A DNA stretch of 64,000 nt, taken from assembly GCA_951406725.2 (NCBI GenBank), contig OX597817.1, forward strand, positions 744,001 to 808,000. The letters run 5' to 3'. The notes under the pieces were generated by a model. The model ran no database searches. It was given only the letters and a program-made list of their open reading frames with translations, and was not told where the DNA came from. The translations under genes and the position numbers were made by a program. The stretch comes from Octopus vulgaris. Lineage: Eukaryota. Positions 36,803-46,959 of this stretch are shown piece after piece; position 1 is the stretch's first letter; every line of letters begins with the position of its first letter.

Positions 36803-38246
36803 TACTCTAATTGCTGAGTCACTATCAGAACTGGAGGAGAAGTTCCAGGTGTGGAAGGAGGGTTTAGAATCGAGGGGCCTTAGAGTCAACCTAGCTAAAA
36901 CCAAAGTACTAATAAGTAGGAAGGGAGACAATCCACAAATGTCTTCAGGAAGATGGCCCTGCTCGATCTGTAGAAAAGATGTAGGTAGAAACTCTATAAG
37001 ATGTACCCAATGTAAGCTATGGACACATAAGAGGTGCAGCAATGTCAAAGGTAGGCTAACTGGGAAGATAGTTTTTGTATGTGGCAGATGCTCGGGAGCA
37101 TTAACCTCCGAAAATCTGCAGAAAACAACTTCCGTCACTTTCCAGGGGGAAAAACTAGAAGTAGTTGATAGCTTCCGTTATCTAGGTGACCAAGTCAGTA
37201 GTGGGGGTGGGTGCGCTGAAAGTGTAACTGCTAGAATAAGAATAGCCTGGGCAAAGTTTAGGGAGCTCTTACCCCTGCTGGTGACAAAAGGCCTCTCGCT
37301 CAGAGTAAAAGGCAGACTGTATGATGCATGTGTATGAACAGCCATGCTACATGGCAGTGAAACATGGGCCGTGACTGCTGAGGACATGCGTAAGCTCGTG
37401 AGGAATGAAGCCAGTATGCTCCGATGGATGTGTAACGTCAGTGTACATACTCGACAGAGCGTTAGTACCTTGAGAGAAATGTTGGACCTACGAAACATCA
37501 GTTGTGGTGTGCAAGAGAGACGATTGCGCTAGTATGGTCATGTGGCAAGAATGGATGAAGATAGGTGTGTGAAAGAGTACCAATCCCTAGCAGTTGAGGG
37601 AACCCGTGGAAGAGGTAGACCCAGGAAAACCTGGGATGAGGTGATGAAGCACGACCTTTGAACTTTAGGCCTTACCGAGGCAATGACCAGCGACCGAGAC
37701 CTTTGGAAATATGCTGTACGTGAGAAGACCAGGCAGGACAAGTGAGTCCAGCCCACTTCAGCATGTCTTTCCTCCCTTGGACATACAAAGACCTGTTGAG
37801 GCAAGCGAAGTCGAAATCGAACCTCATCCGACGACAGGCACCCATGCCAACCCCCTTTGCTTGCGAAGACATGTTGGGGCAAGCAAAATCGAAATCGAAA
37901 TCTAATTGAACCAGCCAGGATCCCTGGTCTGGTGGTACGTAAAAAGCACTATCCGACTCGTGGCTGATGCCAGCGCCGCCTCGACTGGCTTCCGTGCCGG
38001 TGGCACGTAAAATACACCAATCCGACCGTGGCCAGCCTCGCCTGGCACCTGTGCAGGTGGCACGTAAAAAGCACCCACTACACTCACGGAGTGGTTGGCG
38101 TTAGGAAGGGCATCCAGCTGTAGAAACATTGCCAGATAAGACTGGAGCCTGGTGCAGCCTTCTGGCTTCCCAGATCCCCGGTCGAACCGTCCAACCCATG
38201 CTAGCATGGAGAACGGACGTTAAATGATGATGATGATGATGATGAT
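36803..38246 (+). mobile_element. RTE LINE copy F, 5'-truncated, close relative of copy A
   Basis: ORF 36849-37337 has RT thumb motifs and a C4HC3 finger; (gat)n tail. Confidence 0.94.
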
Positions 38247-38249
38247 ACA

Positions 38250-40408
38250 TGAGCTTGGTGGGAAGAAAGGAGATTTTGGACATTAGATGGAATAGTAGAT
38301 AATGACACTCATATTTCACTATCAAGCATTTTGAAGCATTTAAGTTTAGCATTGCTGAAAAAGATGCTTCACAAATGTATGTAGTATAAAACTACAAAAG
38401 AATTTGTAAAGCCTTTTTAACTAGGTTTGGATACTCCTTTGAAACACTAATCCAAAAGTTCTGTAAGATTCCCTCTTCATAATTCTATAACAGACACCAA
38501 TCATTCTTCATTTTAGCTAGTTCTTCTTCTTCTTTGGTAAGTGAAAAATCAATAGTTACAGTTGCAAGAAATGGATTTCTGAGCCAATCATAGTTTTGAA
38601 TTTCAATATTTAGAAAATAATAATCAAGTTTTTCTCTAAGCAATGTTAAACGGCCAACAATTAATAAGCTGATCTCACAAGTTTTGGAAAACATTTCAAA
38701 ATTTCCTTCTTTTACTTTTGTGTTTCCAAATTGTTATTTTGTCTCTCATAGCACAAATTTTATCAGCCAATGTTAAGGTATTTTCTGCTTTTCCCTGCAT
38801 ACCTGTGTTAATTTTATTCAGATATGTTCAAAAGATATGCCAATTTGGTACACCAAAGTTTGTCTTGAATCAGATTGTGGAATTTATTTTGTTGATTTTT
38901 TTCAAAGAGTTAAAACAATTTCTCTCAATTCATATACATGACAAAGCACATGACCTTTTGTCATTTCTTCACAAATATGAGCAAATAATCTTGATTTAAG
39001 AGGTCTACTTTTGAACCACTTAACATCTGAGAAAATTCCTGCAAACCATAAAATTTTTCCTTAATAAAGCTTGAAAGTTGTCTTCACCTCTAGTTCTCAA
39101 TGAAATTCTAGACATCACAAGAATTGCTCAATAATTCTGTCATTACAAATGAAACGTATAAAAACCATCAATGTGCTGCTAACCCACTGACATCTGTTGA
39201 TTTATCTAACTACACTGCAAACATCAAGTTATTATCTTGAAAAATATCCTTCATTTGCAGCTTAATATCATCAGACACATTTTGAATTCATCTTCCAATT
39301 GTGTTATCTGCCAGAGGAATTTTACTAACTATTATCTCAAATTCACGTCTAAACATTGTTTGAGCAATAGCACAGCAAGATTCCTTTATACTACTTTCAG
39401 CCATTCTTTGAGCAACCAAGTAACTTGCCTCTTTAGCTTTGTCTAATGTTTTCATTTTCATTGTGAAAGCTGAAGCTTGCTTTTGAGAGATTTTGAAAGT
39501 TCAGTGAAGTATTCCACTGGTTTTATTGACAAATTTCTGTGCCCAGTGCTGAAATGTTGTTTTAATTTGTTTAGTACCAAACTTTCATTAGCAATTATAT
39601 CCCCACAAACTAAACACTGAGGACTAAGGTTGTTTTCATTTCCAGAAAATGTGAAGCTCAGGTTTATACAATCTTTGTTGCAAAAATGAGGCTTAAAAAT
39701 CCATCCTGTGCACTTCTCACTCACTGATGCAAGTCATTCAACAGTCGTTTCAGTGGTTTCCTTCATAGCTGTTGTGTTTATTGGAAATGTCATCTTCTGT
39801 AACCTTTCTTTTCTTAATTAAAAACTTGTCCATTTTATGGGTAATTTAATTACAATTTATGAATAAAACTGAGCTGATTTACTTAATCAGAACACCCAGT
39901 TCCTAAGGCTAAGCCCACGAGACTGATGAACAAGGGGTAAGTGTGGCATTAGTATAATGAGATTTCATAATTATTAGCTCACCTTTAGTAATGTGTAATA
40001 CCAGTATAGGTGAGCAATAACTTGAGGTGATTTGAAAGCAGTTCCAGGTGTGTTTTGCTCATTAAAACAGGTACAGATTTGAAAATTTTTAATTGATTTT
40101 CAATTTACTTTGGAGAAGGGAATACACTTGCAATATGTTAATTCTTTTACACTGAATAAAATACAATAAAAATGAGAGTTATATAATGAAGATTACTTGT
40201 GCCATTTTATCTTTAATCTTGCCTCTAAACATTAAGTGGGAAATGATAGCTGGTGGCTACATGCATTGGCATGTTTGCTATACTAACAAACAGATTCTGA
40301 AAAGCTGAAACAAATTGGTATTGGGTATTTTATATATTGGTTTCCTATACGTCTGCAACACACCTACACCCTGCTAATGTGTCACAACACACAGTTTGGA
40401 AAACACTG
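38250..40408 (-). mobile_element. Decayed hAT (Buster/Charlie-like) transposon
   Basis: BED-finger-like PQCLVCGDIIANESLVLNKLKQHFSTGH; WLRNPF; hATC-like YTTYICEASFSAM; TIR cagtgttttccaaactg ending at 40408. Confidence 0.8.
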
Positions 40409-40689
40409 AGTTATTGTGCTACATATGGATTTCTTAGATAAAAATCCTCAAATTTATAAAAAAAGAGGAATTAAACTGAAACTTTTATGTTTTTCTTAAG
40501 GGTATCAATGACATGAAGTGGAGTGTTTACAATAAGAGATTGAAACAATTTTATGAACTGAATCTGTGGGCTCAAACAATAGACTACTTGCTGAAAGCTG
40601 TTACCTTTTATTATAGAAGTAGAAGCTTACTCTAAAGAGAAAATAGGATATAAACAGACACCACAAAATTAAGTGCAGTAAATTTATTT

Positions 40690-43176
40690 TCATCTCCGAA
40701 GTCTTAGGAAAAAAGCATGCTTACATTCTCGAGAGTCTGCAGGGTAATATTTGTCGTAGAAGTCCAATATAAACTGTTCTGGTTTGAAACCAAACTTTTG
40801 ATAGAGTAACATGGCTGGATTGTTGGCTGAAACATGAAGCGTGACATCTTTACCCATGCATGTCTGTATAAGATGGTAAAGTAAGAATGAAGCAATACCT
40901 GAACGGCACCATTCAGGGTGAGTAAACAAAAAAGAAATATATGCTTCATTATATTTTACATCAGGTACCATGAAGGCAAATCCAATGACAATCTTTCGGT
41001 ATAAAACAACACAGCTGAAATCAGGGTATTGTAGGCATTCTGACAGGTCGATTCCTGGCCAGAAAAACTGTTGACAAAGTGAATTCACAGATGGAATGTG
41101 TTGAGGACGGACATAACAATAATCTATTGGATAAGTAGGTGGAGGTTTCCATAAGGGATCATCTCTATGTGAATAAGCTTGGATTTCCTCCAAGAGACGC
41201 ATTTTCATGGGTTTAGTTTCATAGTCTCTCATGATGAAAGGTTTCAGCCAACGTGTAGTGTATGGGCTGCAAATACACTGCAGCTGATCATCTTCAGTAC
41301 CAATCAGTCTGTTGATAAATAAAGGTTGTTTCTTGTTTGATTTTGGTGGATAAATTTCAGGGTGAGTTAAGAATCTACTGAGTACTCTCACATCAGCAGG
41401 ATGGCAGTATGATGAGGGAACACCATGAATCTGATTATAGTCTTTGTCTATTGAGGAGGAGTTCAATAATCCCAAATGATAATTAACCTCAGCATCTAAG
41501 TCAAACAGAGGCATACCTTGTTCTCTTTTCATTTGCCGCACAAGTAATTTACGACGGAATCTATGAAGGTCAACAGGAAGAGTTGACTTGTCAGCAATAT
41601 GGTTAAGTTGACTAAGAAGTTTTTTCTCATGATATAAACTAATAGGAACAAACTTGATTGTTTTGGGCTCTGGACTCATTTCTTTCACCTCCTCTTCTTC
41701 ACCTTCTTTTTCCGATTCTTCTGTTTCATTTGATTTTTCTTCTTGATCTTCATTAACTTCTCTTTTGACCGAGTCATTAGCACTTTCTTCCAATTCCTTA
41801 ATTTCTTCGTGTGGCTCCAATTTTGGAACAATTTCGTTCTGGGTATTTATCGGTTCATTTGCTAATTCTCTTTTGGGAACTTTACCCAACGGAGGATTAG
41901 TAGTCTTAAAGTCAAAGTTAAAATATTTGTTGTTGCTATTATTATTAATATTAATGCTTGCAAGTTCATTAGTGGAAGTGGTCTTCCCATCTCTCACACT
42001 CAGTGATGGAATAGAAAGTTCAACAGAGGAATCAGATGTTCTCGTAAAAAGTGGTCCATTGGACTTATCATCAAGAACAGCAAACATCTCTTGTAAGGAA
42101 GGTGAAAGTCGAGGAGAAGTGGGGCTAGGTGAACAAGCAGGTATAGGAGAAAAGGTTCCAATATCTATTTCCATATCACTATCAGACTCATCTTTTAAAA
42201 AGGGTGGAAATGGCATACTTATCTGAGGTTCGAGGGATTCTGATTTTGTATTTTCAGTTGGCGGTTCCTCCTCATCTTGTTCCATAAAATTACCAAGTTC
42301 ACCATAATGTGTCAGATCAAATGTGCAGTGGGAATAAGAGGAAGATTCTGATTTAATTTGAATGGGGTTCAATAAAGAATCTAATTTGGTTTGAATATTA
42401 GACGTTAAGAGATCATTATAACTGGGTCCACTAAAAGTAGTTGTAGCGATATCGTTTATATTCGAACTGCTTCTAACAGCGGCCAATGACACTTTTGTTG
42501 TCTTTTCGGCATTTGTTATTTTACGTTTAGTGAATGTAACACCTTTTTCTTTACGTTCTATCGCAACTTCAAGAGAGGATTTCTTCTGACGACCACGTAA
42601 GCCAGACGGGAGTAGATTCACGTCCACAGGAGGAGTCTTAGAGCGTTTGCGGAAATTTTTCCATGACGATTCTAAATTCATAAACGACATTTTACCTTCG
42701 GCTAATTTCCACCAGCCAGATTCACCTATCTCTTTTGACCCCGAAATGAAATAATTCGGGCAGCCTGTTGACAGAATACCTGCGACAGTACCGTGCCATA
42801 GATTCGTCTTTTTTCGGTTCCCAAATAGAAATTTCCAGTGTTTGTCAATAAAAGCACAGATATGATCTTTCCAGCGATAATAACCCATCTTACCTGTACC
42901 TGAAAACTGCAAATTATACAAGGCCAGCGAAACTACATGTATCCATTGTAGTTTCACTCTCTGACACAATTCTTGGTTGTCCGGAGAACAATTCGAACAA
43001 GTGAATTCAAAGAAGATATCCCCCAACAGTTCCGAAGGCCGACCGTTCTGCAGACAGGCCGGGTGGAAGAGAAGACTGCACTTGGTGCAGGTTAGCATTT
43101 CCTCGTTCTGATTGGCATCGCCTCCACAGTAACATTGATTCAGTTTCACGGGGGATTTTCCCACGGTTTCCATCAT
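40690..43176 (-). CDS. KAT14: Cysteine-rich protein 2-binding protein / lysine acetyltransferase 14 (ATAC complex), single coding exon, 828 aa
   Basis: N-terminal CxC..CxxC..HxxC..CxxC finger, acidic linker, and C-terminal GNAT domain (LKPFIMRDYE, PIDYCYVRPQHIP, FFWPGIDLSECLQYPDF, KDVTLHVSANNPAMLLYQKFGFK, SRECKHAFFLRLRR); AATAAA right after the stop. Confidence 0.95.
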   Translation of the reverse strand: MMETVGKSPVKLNQCYCGGDANQNEEMLTCTKCSLLFHPACLQNGRPSELLGDIFFEFTCSNCSPDNQELCQRVKLQWIHVVSLALYNLQFSGTGKMGYYRWKDHICAFIDKHWKFLFGNRKKTNLWHGTVAGILSTGCPNYFISGSKEIGESGWWKLAEGKMSFMNLESSWKNFRKRSKTPPVDVNLLPSGLRGRQKKSSLEVAIERKEKGVTFTKRKITNAEKTTKVSLAAVRSSSNINDIATTTFSGPSYNDLLTSNIQTKLDSLLNPIQIKSESSSYSHCTFDLTHYGELGNFMEQDEEEPPTENTKSESLEPQISMPFPPFLKDESDSDMEIDIGTFSPIPACSPSPTSPRLSPSLQEMFAVLDDKSNGPLFTRTSDSSVELSIPSLSVRDGKTTSTNELASININNNSNNKYFNFDFKTTNPPLGKVPKRELANEPINTQNEIVPKLEPHEEIKELEESANDSVKREVNEDQEEKSNETEESEKEGEEEEVKEMSPEPKTIKFVPISLYHEKKLLSQLNHIADKSTLPVDLHRFRRKLLVRQMKREQGMPLFDLDAEVNYHLGLLNSSSIDKDYNQIHGVPSSYCHPADVRVLSRFLTHPEIYPPKSNKKQPLFINRLIGTEDDQLQCICSPYTTRWLKPFIMRDYETKPMKMRLLEEIQAYSHRDDPLWKPPPTYPIDYCYVRPQHIPSVNSLCQQFFWPGIDLSECLQYPDFSCVVLYRKIVIGFAFMVPDVKYNEAYISFLFTHPEWCRSGIASFLLYHLIQTCMGKDVTLHVSANNPAMLLYQKFGFKPEQFILDFYDKYYPADSRECKHAFFLRLRR

Positions 43177-43363
43177 GTAAACAAAATTATTCGACGAATT
43201 CTATTTACAAAGTTCCTTTACAAAGAAATATCGGTGACCAAATCAGGTTCGTTGATTTGCCTCTCCTTCAGACTCCAACAGGAACAAATAAAAATGTATT
43301 ACATAAATTCTTGCATTAAACGAGTTCAAATTCATATATTCTATATAAATAAATAATTGAAAA

Positions 43364-43586
43364 GATCTTCTGCTCCCCGAATGCTTCGATCTTCTTCTTC
43401 TGGGGCCGAATGCTTCGATCTCCTTCTGCTCCCCGAATGTTTCGATCTTCTCCTGCTCCCCGAATGCTTCGATCTCCTTCTGCTCCCCGAATGTTTCGAT
43501 CTTCTCCTTCTGGGGCCGAATGTTTCGATCTCCTTCTGCTCCCCGAATGCTTCGATCTTCTCCTTCTGGGGCCGAATGTTCCGATC
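43364..43586. repeat. Minisatellite of eight units (27/29 bp, first unit 24 bp) upstream of KAT14
   Basis: Unit types gatctccttctgctccccgaatgYttc and gatcttctccttctggggccgaatgYttc. Confidence 0.92.
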
Positions 43587-45049
43587 AAGCAAAGCACGTG
43601 TGTGAAGTAAACAATTTACTTTATCAGAGTTACCCGCCCATGTCGTTCCCCTAGCGCTGTAACTGATTACTAAGGAAAGATAACTTTGAGCTGGCCGGTG
43701 GTAAATCTGCAGAGATAAAAATGGGATGAGTGAGATCGCGTGAAACGGGTTTCGTCAGGCTTTCACTTGTTTTTTTTTTTCTTCTTGTGATGATAGAATT
43801 GGTTCGACTTAGTCAAGATGTAAACATTAACTATGTCTGCTCCTTTGTAGTAAAAAGATAAAATCGTTTTGCCAGTTTAGCCAACAAAAACACACGCACT
43901 ATATATTTGGTGTTATTTATTGATTTACATTAAACTTAATCTTATTTCGGCCAGAGTCCTTTCGTCACACTGGCAAAATGACCATTCCGAAATACAACAA
44001 TATCTCTTTCAACACACGATTTCACATAAAAAAAAAAATCTTGCACAACAAATATATAAAGATAAAATCGTCTTTTTGAGTAAAATTTGGTTTAAAAAAA
44101 CTTTTTGTATATTTAAAAAGGTAATATTTTTGATATAATATATTAGTGACTGAAACAGATCAAGGTACTGAATTATTTATTTCATCTCAATCTAAACAAT
44201 TACATTATTAATAATTTCAAAATTATTTAAATATTTGAAGTGTTCTCATTTATTTATTTAGGAAATTTAAAGATGTCCTAGTTTGTACTGTATTCTGATT
44301 ATTATTTGAATTTCCCTCTGAATTTAGGGCCCTACATTAGTGTACACGTGAATTCATTGGGTCAACCTTGTCAGTCAGTGTTCTGGTGCAGCAGCGAGGA
44401 AAGCCACTGGATAGCTTTGGATAAAGAAGGTAGACCAGTGGTTTGCCCCTACTGGAATATAAGCTGGAAATTGAGCTGAGCCAACCGGGCTCGGGGGTCT
44501 GATGTTCAAAGACCCGAAACCCCACTGGCAACTCAGAAACATCACTGACGATGCATCCCAGAACATCTGCGAGATGTATCTTAGGCATACTTACACAAAT
44601 GTGATTCTCCCTGACTCTGTTTCCTCATAACTTTCAAAAAATAGTATGAGCAAACAAAACCGACTCGTGTGATTTTTCTAAACTCCTCTCTATACACCTC
44701 GGAAAAAAATCTTAATTGTAAATTCCGATATAATCTGAATCTACACCACCTGAAGTGTATTTGTAGAAAATTTAATTATAAAATATCCATTTTTCTGAAA
44801 GTTACTAGGAAACAAAATCGGGGTGGGGCACATTTTTCTGTTGATCTGCCGTATCGTGAAACTAAACTTGATGACTACGTTAAAAATACAAGTGTTCTTG
44901 CAACTGAAGGCGGGAGTTTAATTTTGCAGGCTTTTCACTCCAAACAAATCTATTCTGATATTTTCTCTTTAATTCAGAGATTTGGGCGAGAATGAGCCAA
45001 GGGAAATAACTTACCAAAACATTTTTTTGAATCGTTGCTATTCATTGAA

Positions 45050-45250
45050 AGGCAGAATCGGCCGGGAAAAATGCTTAGCGGCATTTAGTCCGTCCTTACG
45101 TTCCAAGTTCAAATTCCACCGTGATCGATTTCGCCTCTCATCCTTTCCGGATCGATTAAAATAAGTACCAGTCAAGCAGTGAAGTCGATGTAATCGATTA
45201 GCCTACTTTTGCAAAGTTTCAGGCTTTGTTCCTATTGTAGAAAGGTTATT
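45050..45250 (+). mobile_element. SINE copy (gcctttcatcc family)
   Basis: ggcagaatcg..aaatgcttagcggcatt..gttcaaattccacc..tcatcctttccgg. Confidence 0.7.
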
Positions 45251-45510
45251 AAATTCCATTCTAGCCATCTTTTTTTAATCTTTTATTTGTTTCAGTCATT
45301 GGGCTGCGGTCACACTGGGTCAGTGTTCTGAAGAGTGTTAGTTGAACGAATGGACCCCTTCGCTTATATTTTTTGAAAGCTTGGTACTTAATCTGTCGAT
45401 TTGTTTTGTCGAACCGCTAAGTTACCTGGGCATAAACAAATCGGCGGAGGTAAAGATCGTGGACTGTACACACTGCGCGATTTTTTTTTTTTGTTTTCTT
45501 TTTTACTGCA

Positions 45511-45797
45511 ACACACTATTTCGAGGGCAGAGATTCCAAATTTGCAAAAAAAATCTGTATTTAAATACCCCCTTCACCTACCTACATTTCTTAAATTTTC
45601 ACTTTGAAAAAAAAAGATTTTTGGCGATGGACCTTTGCGATTGTTTTTGGTTTTCTTTTTTTTTTACAGGTACACACTATATCGAGGGCGGAGATTCCGA
45701 ATTTGCAAAAGTATCTGTTTTTCAAAATTTAAAACCCCTCTTCACACCCCACTAAAATTTCTTAAATTTTTACTTTTTAAAAAAATTGTTTTGGCGA
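45511..45797. repeat. Tandem duplication with ~160-bp period
   Basis: acacactat.tcgagggc.gagattcc.aatttgcaaaa starts at 45511 and again at 45672. Confidence 0.7.
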
Positions 45798-45929
45798 AAT
45801 ACGTAGAAAAATATGGAGATTATGATATATATATATATTTTCATTGGCGTGAAAGCGAAAGAGACAGAGAAAGCGCGATTGTATGAGTGAAGTTCTTTTG
45901 AAGTTGGCGTGAAGCGGAAGAATTGATGT

Positions 45930-46013
45930 GCGTGCATGTGTGTGTGTGTGTTTGATGGGGTGTGCGAGACGGAATGTGTGGTGTGCATGTGAATTGCTTT
46001 TGTTAGTGTGTGT

Positions 46014-46053
<40 letters not shown>

Positions 46054-46062
46054 ATGTTGCTG

Positions 46063-46100
<38 letters not shown>

Positions 46101-46110
46101 AAGAGATAAC
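45930..46110. repeat. (GT)n/(GA)n microsatellite cluster
   Basis: Seen directly. Confidence 0.9.
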
Positions 46111-46632
46111 TGAAATTTTTTATTCATTTTTTGTAGTGAGTGAATGACAGAGGAAAAGCGAGAGAGGTTATGTATGTATGAATGGCTTCAGTGACTCACA
46201 CACACAGGTTGTTATGTATGTATGGCCAAGAGAGAGTTAACTGAAATTTTGTTATTTGCTTTTTGTAGTGAGTGAATGTGTGAGTGACTGACAAAGAAAA
46301 GGAGAGAGAGAAGTTATGTATGTATGTCTGTACGTAGCTATGTATGTATGGATGGCTTTGGCTAACTGTCATCCTGTACTCCCCTTGTTGCTAGCGAAAT
46401 GGAATATGCCGGCTGTGTGAGCAACTGGTTGTTTTAATGGCGGAACAAACGGAAATTCCATTAGAAAAAGTTTTAATCGAGTTTCTCGGTAATTATGGGG
46501 TCTAGGAAATAATTACAAACCACATTCCAATCTATGCACCCGTCTCCACATGTGTGCCATTTTTCACGCGAATCCACCCAGGCTGTTTGGCTGTGAACCT
46601 CAAGACAACGATCGCCCATGTCCAATTTATAT

Positions 46633-46664
<32 letters not shown>

Positions 46665-46959
46665 CATGCGTGTGTGTGTGTGCGTGAGTGTATGTATTAT
46701 ACACACACACAGATATATAAGGAAATAGAAAGACAGAGTGTAAAAGTTGGTAGTGTTTCTATGCACGAACCTAGTCAAAGAGAGAGAGAGGGGGAGAGGC
46801 TTTTTGTCACAGCACATCGGAATTCATTTGGAAGAGTGGTCAAATAGACGTCACTGAAATTCAGTTTCAGCTGCTATAAATCCACACTCGAAGAAAAATG
46901 TGAGCGGGATTTCTTGTGGGATGTCATCATGATAGGAAAAATGGAAAAAGCAGCTAGTG

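Noticed and set aside
41765-42226. 153-aa plus-strand ORF
   Set aside because: Antisense shadow of the low-complexity KAT14 linker
43364-43586. CRISPR-like array or heat-shock element array
   Set aside because: No unique spacers and eukaryotic context; GAA/TTC spacing is mostly 3 nt, not the 2 nt of an HSE
43341-43592. Protamine-like (RRRSKHSGS)n ORF upstream of KAT14
   Set aside because: Starts at TTG, not ATG; the frames are open only because of the minisatellite
43722-43770. Hammerhead-like string gatgag..gaaacgggtttcgtc
   Set aside because: Lacks the CUGA core and has no convincing stems I and II
43180-45000. PET117-like upstream ORF, as in the human PET117-KAT14 bicistronic locus
   Set aside because: No matching ORF recognised by eye; a spliced version cannot be excluded
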